64,000 nt of DNA from Girardia tigrina (lineage: Eukaryota): contig MQRK01243259.1 of the NCBI GenBank assembly GCA_001938485.1, forward strand, positions 1 to 64,000, in the 5' to 3' direction. The first letter of the stretch is position 1, and the number at the start of each line of letters is the position of its first letter. The notes under the pieces were generated by a model. The model was given only the letters and a program-made list of their open reading frames with translations, did no database searches and was not told the origin of the DNA. The position numbers and the translations under genes were made by a program. Shown in pieces: positions 13,302-24,599 of this stretch.

Positions 13302-14089
13302 TCCCAGTGTATACTACAGTATGCTCTCAAAACTCAATCTATTGGTTCCAATTTCATTGTATGTGATGCCGAAAGAGTTTATTTATTATTGAAGTGTAAA
13401 ATTTCTATCCAACAAGTTTTAAGTCTTTCAGAGAAGGAAAATTGAGCAATTATGTTTAAAGAAAGTAAAGCAACTCTAATTTCTGCTAAAATCCTTGATT
13501 TCTAAAGACCTTCAGTTCAATAATGGATTCTGTTTATTACAGATTAATAAGTATTTATCTCATATTCAAGTTTCTGGAATAGCTTTTATTTTGTTTGAAA
13601 TTTGTTATTTTTATATTTAATAAAATTATAAGGAATAATAGGCGATACCTAAAATGTTTTGTGGAAGAAAGAACCAAAATAACAGCTCAAAAAGAATTAT
13701 AAGGATCGTAGGAGTCACTCACTAACATTTTATCATGTTAAAAAAATTTGAATGATTGAAAACAGAAATTACTCACTGATTGGTTATCGTCAAATAGTCG
13801 TATTTTCATAGATTTTTATCAATGTATCTCAGTCAATCGAATTAACGAAATTAAAATATCAATTCAGTGAGCAATCCAGAGACAAAAATTAAAAATTCAA
13901 TATTACATTTGTTAAAAACATTTTCATTAGCCTTTTTATTATTATCACATTTAGAGTCATTACAACTCTCGCAAGATCTTTCACTGTTTGACATCGCTCT
14001 AATTGATCTTTTTAATTCTATTTTTAATCTTGATTATTCGAACAATTTTTCTTAATCTTTTAAATATTCAATTTCTTTTCACTCATATT

Positions 14090-14285
14090 CAGTCACATCA
14101 CTGCTCCACCCCCTCTGTTATCATTGATTAATAATAATAATAATAATAATAATAATTATTATTATTATTATTATTATTGATAACAGAGTGTGTGGCGCAG
14201 TGGTAATATCTCACTCGAAAAGAGAGGAAATAAAATAGAGTCATTTTTTTTATTTTTAAGGTCATTAAATTTCGTGCTCTAGTTA
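14090..14285 (+). repeat. Fold-back/MITE family, copy 3, with (AAT)n(ATT)n-centred hairpin
   Basis: cactgctccaccccctctgttatca ... tgataacagagtgtgtggcgcagtg around an inverted microsatellite, then the shared family end. Confidence 0.7.
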
Positions 14286-14527
14286 TAATAATGTTTATCC
14301 CTCATATATATTAATAATAATATATAGTAATAATCACCATATATTTAGATAAACCAATCGCCAGTTTGAATTTATTTGTTATGTTGAATGTTTGTGTGTC
14401 ATTAAGTGAAATGTGAGTTTTTGATTGTGTTTTTTTATAATTGAAAGCGAATGTATGTGCACGAATGTTAAATGTTGTTTGTGTGTTTGGGTGAGAGAAG
14501 ATGGATTTCTCTTCACCATAATTACAA

Positions 14528-16211
14528 TTTTTTTTCTCTGTGAGCAAAAGTGCCCGGTTGGTACATAAATAAATTCGCCGCATGCATCGGCCCTAAGGCA
14601 TCCTCTGCACCGGCCCTGGTTTCCACAGTTTCACTAGCGACCTCCCCCCGCACCCATCACTTGGGTGAACGTCTCCGCCAAGCCCGACACTTTTGCTCAC
14701 ACACCTGATCTTAACAATCCATCCTCAAAAATCAAGTCCTCTTCCCATGATGAGTTGTCTTCATCCTCAGATGGATCTCCAATCCTCGACCTATATAGAT
14801 TGGAGACATGCTCATCTTCAGATGGATCATGATCCTCAATGTCTATGACTCCCCCCTGTTGCACTCCTACTCTATAGCTATAAGATTGTACAAGTGCTTC
14901 CATGGCGGCCGGATCAAATTATTCTACCCCCTCAGGAACAGCATGTTCATATTCCATCTCTTCCATTGCTAACATGCCTTCCTGAGGTTCTTCTATTTCC
15001 TGTATATTAATCTTACTTATTCTCTGGATTCCGCTTTGAACTATTCCATGACGGCGATAAGGCCATTGTGCTGTGGAGTATTTCACATTCGATACTGAGC
15101 AACCAATTGCAATCTGTCTTATCACCTTTGGCGGGATCTTTAGAGTTGTCAGTATACCAGTGCTCCTTTTCGGCCACGTCCCTAGGCACCCTACCTGGAG
15201 GGTGAGCACTGTCACTGTCGTGTTTGGCATTGCAGCCGTGCAAGCAACAGTAAGAACCTCGTAATGATCGAGATTCTTTTGGTTGCTATTCTCCCTTTTC
15301 TTCTTCGTGTCATATGGACACTTGACATCTATCAGGTATAACATCTTAGATCCTTGGATGTATATCTGAAGATCAACTCGGTATTGTGAAGGAGCATATC
15401 GACACTCAACATTTATGTCGACTTTGCAGTCCAAATACTGAATGATTTGCTCCCTCACACAATAAAGGACCGAGTTGTGCGTATAATTCCAGAACCCTTC
15501 GCTGTATTTACATCCTGTAAGTACATGGACCAAAATTTCCTCATTATGAGGGCACCTACGAAAGTGTCCCCTGTTCTTAGTGATATCCTGTCGGTAGTTA
15601 ACAGGCACTGTGTAAGTCATTGCTTTGTGGTAAAAGTACCACTCGCTATAATTCAGCCTCCCCCCATAAACAGCGCTGTGGAAGCTGATTGTGGATTGCA
15701 AGCTTCTTGCAATCCGTCCAGCGCTGCTTTGTATGTTCCATTTGTGTGTCCAAGATTTCTCTACCAATCTTCTTATTGTCTTGGACACACTGGACTTCAA
15801 GAGGGGGGTGAGGAGCATATTATCACTCGTTTCGTCTCTCATAACTTCAATTTCGCCATTGAGCAGTCTTCTCTCCCACACCAGTGACTGATGCAGGTGC
15901 AGACATATGCCCTGTTCATTCTGCACTAGACTACCCGAAATCTGGTTTCTTAATCTTATAAATGGCGAACTTGATTTTCGCCCACCAGTTTTTGATCTTC
16001 CCCGACTGCATCCCAGCGTTTAGCCAGCGTATTGCTGCCTTAATCGACAAGAGACGTGTCTTTTGGGGGCCTGTCGCTCCACGCTGAAGGGAGAAGACTG
16101 CACCATCCATCGTTGTCGTATCACTACACGCAATCATTTGTAAACTGTGGACCAGTGACTGTATCAAATATTCGTCAAGTAACGATTTGATACAGACAAT
16201 TACAATTTTTA
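14528..16211 (-). mobile_element. 5'-truncated non-LTR retrotransposon with restriction-like endonuclease (NeSL/R2/R4-type)
   Basis: ORF 14919-15926 has a degenerate CCHC (RRCPHNEEILVHVLTGC), HN, RVDL and IDVKCPYD motifs. Poly(A) at about 14528-14536. 13-bp TSD accataattacaa at 14515-14527 and 16212-16224. Confidence 0.88.
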
Positions 16212-16224
16212 ACCATAATTACAA

Positions 16225-16673
16225 CCCAAGGAGCTTGGCGGCCAATCGACGCTTGTCCAATTCTTCCACATAATGATGGAATACACGATCCAAAAGGCAG
16301 TGCACGATACATAGTGTTTCCCTCTCCAGCTGTCCATAATAATTTTCTCCGTAGCTATCAAGACTGATATTGCCTAGTTCTCTATTCCCTCCTTCAGTTT
16401 ACACAGAATGCTATCGAGCGCCTCGAAATAAACCAATCAGTAATAGTCCTTTGTAGTTGAAAAGTGATGTTGTTTACTGTGATGTTAATGTATTTTTTTA
16501 AACCAAAGTCACAACTTTTTGACCTTTTTACAACTTCAACAAAGCCAAATTAAAGCGTTCAAACAAAAAAGCAATTTTCGTTTTACATAATAATAATTTT
16601 TAATAAAATACAGTTTTACAAATAATAATAATACTTTCACAAAAACTTTTCCTATAAAATCACAATTTTATAC

Positions 16674-16724
<51 letters not shown>

Positions 16725-17069
16725 NNNNNNNNNNNNNNNNNNNNNNNNNNNNNNNNNNNNNNNNNNNNNNNNNNTATATATATATATATATATACAATTA
16801 CATTTTCTATTAAGTCAAATTTTTTATTTCCATCAATAAATCGCACGCTCTTTTCATTTAATTTGCAAATGCTACCGACTAAACCAAATTACAAAACAGT
16901 ACCGAATATGCTGTACTAACGGGAAAGGCCTATATTTAAAATGATAAAATGAGTGATAATTTCAAAAGGTTATGCAAATTATTGGAGGGGGGGGGCAAAA
17001 GATACTCTCGCCCCTAAAATTAATATTATGGGAGACCTCCCATTCTCCCCCCTTAAATCGATGCCACTG
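16225..17069 (-). mobile_element. Second, heavily deleted copy of the 10730-13301 hAT family
   Basis: TIR atcgatgccactg ending at 17069. Subterminal homology to 10730-11560. 16225-16300 matches 12675-12750. A (TA)n tract lies inside. Confidence 0.8.
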
Positions 17070-19298
17070 TTAAGAGTTATTATTGTTTATGTATAACTTA
17101 AAATTTGTAATTTGATTAGGGAATTGTTGTTTTACGTAAATTTTAAAGTTTATTTTTTTAAACTTTGAGGCTAGTTCTTTTTTTGAAACATTTACTTCCT
17201 AAAAAAGAATCAAACAAATATCACCGATTTAAAAAATCCAGAAATGTGGGACAGTACTTTCGACCATTACGACAATTCTCTGAGGAAATTCAGGGACTAC
17301 CAAAACATTACTCGTAATATTAATTTTTAATCAGTCAGAATCAGTGATATGTAGAATATTGAGGAATAGGATTTTGAATATACACCAAAAAAATTTAAGT
17401 TGAAAAGTAAATGCATTTAATCAGTTATATAGAGGTTAGTTAAAATAACTGCATGACTTTCAATCATGAAATTCAATTTTGACCTGTGAAAACTGTATTT
17501 CCTTACTTACAAATATGTACTTTAATGTATTTACATACATATTTAATCTTTCAATTATCTTAGAGGTACATACTGTTTGAAAAGGAGCTTTGGTCATGTG
17601 TCCCTAGGCAATAAGTTTAGTGACCAAGCACCAAAATTAATACGACAATATTGACATCAACTGAGCACTAAAACGTTAATACAGAAAATATTATCGATAT
17701 TAAAATAAAACTTAAAATGTTATCATTAAATTATAATAACACAAAACATTGTCATAAATTATTATCATAATAAATTGTCATACTTATTCTGAATTAGTTA
17801 TATAATAATAAAAATTAGATAAAATTGTTTTATTTGCTCCTTTTGACCATCTGATAACAAAAATTTCAGAAAAAATGCAACCAGTTCTTTAACGTAAGGA
17901 TGAATTTTTATCACATTAAGACTTTACTAGAAATTATTATCATATTATATCGTGTCTATAGGGAGCCATTCTGTGCCTTGCCAGATATCTTTACAGTCAA
18001 TATAACTGTACGTGTCATCTTTTTGTTCTGATTAAGTTGTCCAACCAAGGACTGCTTTTTATATCGCTAGAAATAATAAACCTATGGAAAATATGACTCG
18101 TTTGGTGCTTTTGAAACTTTAATATATTTTTAAAATCCCCTTCTAAAGTATTAAGAACACCAATATGGTTTTTCGCACATTTATTTTCATAACAATTTGA
18201 ATTGTCTTTGGGACTATCCTCAGCCAAGCTCTCATAATTAGACATCTCACAAAATTGATAACTTTTTATGAATGTTTCGTTAATGAATAATTATTCGAAC
18301 AAATTTTCATTTTAAATCATTTTCAGATTTTATTTTACCAAGTTTTTATAAACTTCACTTGTTGTCGATTTGTCGGTTTTTCATTCTGTCCTGGGAAAAT
18401 CTTTCAACTCAAATTTGACCAATTCCTCGACTAGCTATCGGGTTGAAATTTTCAGAGTAGATCAAAACTCGAAGACAATACATGAAAAAAATATTTCAAG
18501 TTGATCGGATATGTCTAAATTGTCATTTTGGCAAAAAACAGTTTGTATGGAGACAATTTATATGGGTAAATTTTGTATAATAAAATGATTTGAATCTTTG
18601 TTTTGATCAAATTTGAATCTCCGTTGTTGTTAATTAATAATTATTAATAGCTCATATTAGATTATATCTTACGATATAAATTAATTATAATTCATCATTT
18701 TTATTTTATCAATTCTAGTTAACGCTAATATCGGTCAATTTAAATATATAGGAATTGAAGAAGAACATCAATAAATGGTGTTGTTGAAAGTATGGGGATT
18801 TTAATAGTTTATGTAAACAGTTGATATCTAAATTATTTAAATATTTCGTAAAAAATTGTGTATTTTGTGTTTGTTTAGTGAGAAAAAAGTGATTAAATAT
18901 TTTAAAATAGATAACTGAAATTTTAAGGACAATATAATGGAAAAAATGATCCTAAAAATTCTAAACAGTGCAAAAAATAAGAAACAAAAGTGTAAAAAAC
19001 GTGGTAATATAAAAAGCTCTTTTTATACACGTAATTATTTATAAATTCTGCTTATATAATTTTAAAATAATTTGATCTAAAAATTAATTTAATTTTGAAA
19101 TGATTTTATTTAACGAAAAAGATTTATCATTGAATTTAAAAATAAGTTTAAAATTATTTACTTTAATAAAATTATTTAATATTCAAATTTTAAATGATTT
19201 ATTATTTTTAAAGTTTTTTTAAATATCTTATGTGGAAATTTAAAATGCAAACTATACTCGATTAACTATTCATCGCGAACATCCAAAATATCAATTTT

Positions 19299-19385
19299 CC
19301 ATCTGGGTGGGAGAAGCACATTTCCAAATACTAATGTCAACATACAAATTCAACATACCAACAGATTTAAAATATTCCACACATA
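19299..19385. repeat. Conserved-end non-coding module, copy 2
   Basis: CCATCTGGGTGGGAGA...CAACATAC...AAATATTCCACACA. Confidence 0.7.
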
Positions 19386-19713
19386 AAGAAAGCGCTTTTC
19401 GTGCCTATTCGAAGATAGAGAAGATCAAGGCTACTTGGTGAATTGTAAAAATTTTGTTTCCTATTTTTTTACTATTACTATTAATATTTAAAGATGTAAA
19501 CTTTATAAAGTGATTTCAATCACGTATTAAAAGGTTATTTTTAAGATAACTTCGCAAATTGATAATGTTTTACATATTACTTTAAATATTTTAATTTGCT
19601 TTCCTAAAAAAGTTTTGTCAAAAGAGTAATATGATTAAAATTGCTCTAACATTATCAAAAATATGACTTTATTTATTAATAACACCACTCATCCATTAAA
19701 GAATATATTTCAA

Positions 19714-19752
19714 GACAATATATTTCGACGGATCTACCGTCATCTTCAGGTC
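19714..19752 (-). ncRNA. Minimal type I hammerhead ribozyme (Penelope-associated)
   Basis: gac-CUGAAGA-u-gacgg-uagau-ccguc-GAAA-uaua-UU-guc. Confidence 0.7.
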
Positions 19753-20317
19753 ACTAATTAATAATCAATTCACCCGTATATAAATACAAATTGTACCTTA
19801 TTCTGAAGGATTTAAAAACTTTAAAAATGCATTGTTAAAAGCATCTAACAATAAATTAAATTTAAAAATTACATCACGATCTTATAAAATTCAAAATATG
19901 TTCAGTAATAATCAGTAATAATCTATTACACCTTTAACACTTTGTTCTGATATTGTTTATGAATATAAATGTAATGGGTGCGATGCCACATACATTGGAG
20001 AGACTGCCCGTCATCTCTGTAAACGAATTCAAGAACATGGTCGAAAAGAGAGTAAGAGTAATATTGCAGAACATAGGAAAAATGTAAATGTGATGTTAAT
20101 TTTGATAATTTCAAAATTCTGTGTAAGTATTTTGACATTTATTGGGAGAGAGTGTCGTGTGAAGCATTGTTAATTAGGTCACGTTGCCCTAAAATCAATG
20201 TTCAATCGACAGTCTCAATCAGCTTATTGAGAATTTTTGATTAGCATGATTTCACGCAATCGATTACATAATCATCATTTTTGTATTTATATACAGGTGA
20301 ATTGATTATTAATTGGT

Positions 20318-20355
20318 GACCTGAAGATGACGGTAGTTCCGTCGAAATATATTTT
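20318..20355 (+). ncRNA. Minimal hammerhead ribozyme core, stem I 3' arm lost
   Basis: gac-CUGAAGA-u-gacgg-uaguu-ccguc-GAAA-uaua-uu. Confidence 0.55.
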
Positions 20356-20984
20356 TAAATGGATGAGTGTTGTTATTAAAAGAAAATTTTCTTTCGGATT
20401 TCGTTATATTTATTAAATTTTATTTTTTGAATATTGTTTGGCATGCAATAGGTCGGTGGGCCTCACGCTGCACTACTTAATTGTGCGGAGTTTCACCGGC
20501 TCCAGGAAGTCCCTTCAGTTATTCCTGAAGACGCACGGTGCGGTCACCTCAGTGTCCGTGATGGGGGGGTTACTCTTCCAAGAGATAAGTGCCGGGGGTT
20601 TGACGGTTCCACTCTGGGTCGCAGACTGACAATCCACGGCCGGGTCAATGGTGACCGATAATTTCGATTACCGAAGAGTCCCTTGGATTGGGCCAAAGAA
20701 TGTATTGCGTGTGCTCTATCCTATGTGTGAGAGAACACATGTACATTTGACTTGTGCCCACACTTATTCCGCAAGAAACCGACCGAAGTGAATTCGATAA
20801 CACGGTGTTCGAACTCTCGGTAGTAACAACAAACATTGCTTTAGTTACAATGCATCTCGAGAGCAAATTAAATACGGCGATAAAATTGTTTTCAATTTAA
20901 ATTCAAACTGTGTAATTCCATTTATTTATTTAAATAAATTACATTTATTTATTTAAACGGGAACTCTCCCTCAATCAATAATTA

Positions 20985-21500
20985 ACCCCCCGGGGGGGTC
21001 CAGTCACCCGTTACCATAGTAACGGTCTCAGTTACCATATCAACGGTCTCGGTTACTATAGCAACGGTTCCAGCTCACTTTGAAACGCTTCTGATTGGTT
21101 CCCGGTACCCTAGCAACGGTCGCGATTACCTAAAAACACTTCTGATTGGTCGGTGGTTCCATAGCAACGGTTGCGATCACTCTAGCAACGGTTCCTATCA
21201 CCCTAGCCCTAGACAGCAACGGTTCCGGTTCACTTGGTAACGATAATCAAGGTCTTAGTTACCATAGCAACGGTAACCAAGGGACGTTTCTCATTAGCAA
21301 CGGATACAGTGATTCAAGGCGGTTGTAACCATGGTAACGGTTACCGTATCCATAGCAGCCGTCATCCTTTCCTTAGCAACCGAAGAAAAAAGTGCTAATA
21401 GATCACTGCACAGTGCCCAGATGTGCTAATCGATAGTGCACATTGTGCCGCACATTTTTATAGTGCTTTTGAAGTTGCACATCTGCAAAAGTGCAAAAAT
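20985..21500 (+). promoter_or_regulatory. Terminal repeat with 21-bp-phased RFX X-box/MYB-like motifs and inverted CCAAT boxes
   Basis: GTTACCATAGTAAC 21010, GTTACCATATCAAC 21031, GTTACTATAGCAAC 21052, GTTACCATAGCAAC 21258 and GTAACCATGGTAAC 21325, each running into AACGGT. CTGATTGG at 21091 and 21142. Regulatory function is inferred. Confidence 0.55.
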
Positions 21501-22131
21501 CAATACATGAAATTTTTTAAAAGTACTAGTGTCAAAAATCGATATCATGTGTTTGATGCACATTTTGATTTTCTATCTGAATGTGCTTTTAGAAATTTCA
21601 TATATTGATTAATTTTCTCTAAAATTAGCATAATGTGCAAATTTACACGAAATGCACATCGATTTTAGAGGTACAAGGAAGCAAAATATCAAAAAAATGC
21701 TGATGCACTTGAATAGTAACCCATATACATTCAGATGCCATAGCAACATTTTCAAAAAAGTGCTGAAATATTGATTTTTTCGAACATTTCTGAAATTCTC
21801 AAAAAAGTGCTCAAAAAACTATTTTTCGTATATATATGAAACCAATGTGTTGTATGTATGTTGTTTACCATCAAACAATATCTCATGAATCGCCTAATGT
21901 ACCTAATCATAAATCACAAGTACCTTGGTTTTCGTAACCAAGATACAACCTTTTAATATAATATATAAAAACCTATGAAACTTATGGATATTAATACCTA
22001 AAACATGCATGGATATTCTACACCAGAAGAATCATTATATTCATTTTTTTATTTATTTGAAGTAACATATTAAAACAAACAATAACTTTAAAAAACATTT
22101 ATTTCTTTGAAATATAATTTTGACACAACGC

Positions 22132-22627
22132 TTAACACCTTTTATAAGCACAATGTGAACCATGTTCACGATATATACATGTAATGTCTTTTGGTATCGC
22201 TTTTAGTTTGTCACATTTATATATACATATTCTCAGATCAGGAAATATAGACTTTATCAACTTTTCCTTTCGTCCATCATCATTATCCTTGACATAGAAC
22301 AATGCTTCAGTTAAATTACATCGTGATCGAATGTATCGCATTAAACAATCCTGACAAAACTTGAAATTGTGTTCTACCCACGTCAATTTATGATGATGTA
22401 ATGTTAAATAAGCATTTGTTCTTTGTGCTTTGTTTAAACAGCAATGTATTTTAGTCTAGAAATTACACCCAAACATTATATTACATTTGCAACACTAATT
22501 TAACTTACTGAAATACATAATGCAATGTATTAAACATATCGTCAACAGACATTATACACAACTCTTTAATCATATCCTCATCATTATCATCCACAAATCT
22601 TTCAAAATAAATAAAGAAGACAGGCAT
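22132..22627 (-). pseudogene. Polinton accessory protein (exonuclease-like N-terminus, C-terminal Cys/His cluster)
   Basis: MPVFFIYFE/RFVDDNDEDMIKELCIM...HYVF, then FYVKD..EK..., C..L.....C..REHGSHCA. Recognised by recall as a Polinton-associated family. Frameshifted. Confidence 0.55.
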
Positions 22628-22665
22628 TTTTCAACAAAAGCAATTTATTAACATAATAACTTTTT

Positions 22666-23005
22666 TTATAACAATTGGCGTTTAAGCCAGTCTATACAAT
22701 AATTTCCACAAAGAAATGTTTAGCGGATTTTGATACATTACATCATTATATATGTCAGGTTGTTGCATTCGTTCCAATTTTGTTATCAACGTTGATGGGC
22801 AATACATCCCAAGTGGATCGAATACTCGTATAAGATCTGAAGTCACATGTACTGCAATCCAGTGTTCTCCTAGTAAATTAGCAGTCTGAGTATTAATTAC
22901 ATATCCTCCATCGAGTAGATAATCTGGAACTTTTATCCAGCGAATATACTCCACGGAATTGACGATATCCTTTCAGTGCTTTTTCAATCTGATATGTACT
23001 ATATA
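22666..23005 (-). pseudogene. Adenain-like cysteine protease (Polinton PRO)
   Basis: TYQIEKALKGYRQFRGVYSLD / VINTQ..GEHWIAV...FDPLG...YQ / LCGNYC. The His, Asp, Gln and Cys catalytic residues are spread over two frameshifts. Confidence 0.85.
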
Positions 23006-23087
23006 TGTAAATATAAAAGGTTTAGACACAACTTACTTCATATATTATTTCTGTTCGTAATTGCTGTTTTCAGTTCTAATGCTGTGT

Positions 23088-24308
23088 TTATACAATAACT
23101 GTACCATCTTTTCGTATTTATATCTCACTATCAAATACTCCATATACATACGTTGTAATTGAATTATATAATGCCTTATGGAATCTTAAATACAATTTTA
23201 AATTGCCTGTTCGTGGCATTTGCATTTGATCAACATCAAAATCAGGTGCCAAGTCAAATGTAAAGCAGGGGTATTTTGTTTTGAAATCAACCATAGTGAT
23301 TTCATTATTCATATTTTTCTTCACGAGTACCATATTCAATATTATAGACTTGTAGTATGCTTCAGTAAAATCATTCTTTTCAAAGTCAATTTTATATGAA
23401 TCTCTAAAATCAATTCCTCGATATAGGGTTAGGGAGCTAATATTACAGTTGTCAAATGCAGAGCAATATGTTTCGTAATCTACACGAACTTTTTTACTAT
23501 CTTAAAATGTTACCAATACAAATTTTGCTAAACGTTCATCACTAAACAGATTGTCCTTGTATTCACCACGTGATCCTTTACGAATTGAAAACTGAACAAT
23601 TTTTGTTTTTCGAATGGAATATATAGCATTTTGATTATCAAGACCCATAATATGATTCTGTTGTGCGAACACGCCGTATTAATAACTTTGCACTTTCAAT
23701 ATATATTTTAGGCTTAATCTCTGTTTCAGTACCAGTCTTTTCATATTGAAAGATAACTTTACTTTCATTTCGATGAATCTTGATTGTTATATTGACATTT
23801 GGTATGAGATATTTTGGCTGCTCAAAAAAGTCCAGATTTAACGATCCGCATAATGTCATCAAGGCTGATTTCTTCAACCATTTGACTCTTTCAGTTGCCT
23901 CACCATACCTCATGTACTTGAGAAACGTAATCTTCGTATCTGAACTTAAATTAAATGTAGTCTCAATGATAGCCTTTTGATAATAACTATCATTAGTGTC
24001 CTCAATCTTTGTATTATTGAGAAACAAGGTCATATCTTTAAATAAGCAATGAAAGAGGTAATTGCTCGGTGTTAATTTTGTAATGTCTTTTCCTGATTCA
24101 TCAACTGCTTTTATTTTAATGGTAAGCATTTATATAAGCAATTCATATCAATGTATTCCTCTTTACTACCGATAATATCAAACTCTATATGAGATTTATT
24201 ATACCCACTAATACTATCTTTGGGGTAAATATCTTCAAAAGCATATGATTCTATAACAACTTGTGGTGGAGCTGAACTACATATGTCCAATTGCGATTTA
24301 GCACTCAT
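23088..24308 (-). pseudogene. Polinton/adintovirus major capsid protein
   Basis: MSAKSQLDIC..PPQVVIE...IEFDI...EYID, HCLFKD..LFLN, LNLDFFEQPKYLIPNVNITIKIHRN, DNLF, FTFDLAPD, GNLKLYLRF, YGVFD. About 400 codons with stops and frameshifts. Confidence 0.88.
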
Positions 24309-24309
24309 T

Positions 24310-24490
24310 CTGATAATATCGTTTTCATACGTTTTGTTTCTTTGTTTATATCTAAGCCTTTTTTCTTTTCTTCCTCCACCACCTTGATCCATTATTGAAA
24401 CGGCTTCACGAAAAGCACCTTTAGCATTGTACTTAATTTCTGCCAATATCTCAGCAGCAGCTTCCTTTAATGCTTCAACAGGTTTTTTAA
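24310..24490 (-). pseudogene. C-terminal part of basic GxG core-like protein upstream of the capsid gene
   Basis: ..MDQGGGGRKEKRLRYKQRNKTYENDII abutting the capsid start. 5' end replaced by a terminal-repeat fragment. Confidence 0.5.
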
Positions 24491-24599
24491 TTGCTGATGA
24501 GAAACGTCCCTTGGTTACCGTTGCTATGTACATATGAGAGTGTGCATGCGCACTGAAGGCAAGTAGAAGTGTTATAATGTGATTTTATGTTTAGTAATT

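Larger units (their letters stand above)
19680..20400 (+). mobile_element. Penelope-like element 3' portion (GIY-YIG endonuclease) with inverted pseudo-LTR
   Basis: IVYEYKCNGCDATYIGETARHLCKRIQEH...EALLIRSRCPKINVQ at about 19950-20210. 19680-19790 is an inverted copy of 20280-20380. Confidence 0.9.
20985..24560 (-). mobile_element. Degraded, internally deleted Polinton/Maverick (adintovirus-like) element
   Basis: Terminal repeat array at the left. Colinear minus-strand core-like, major capsid, adenain protease and exonuclease-like genes. 37/38-bp inverted match between 21263-21300 and 24491-24528. Confidence 0.85.

Noticed and set aside
20525-20550. ctgaaga followed by a stem, suggesting another hammerhead
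   Set aside because: No GAAA follows the stem, and the loop is too short.
21000-21370. CRISPR-like appearance of the 21-bp array, and ORFs 21146-21328, 2604-2924 and 2887-3072
   Set aside because: Eukaryotic context with no unique spacers or cas genes. The ORFs are by-products of a repeat period divisible by three.
24111-24533. 140-aa ORF as a single gene
   Set aside because: It is a chimera of a terminal-repeat fragment, the core-like protein tail and the capsid N-terminus.
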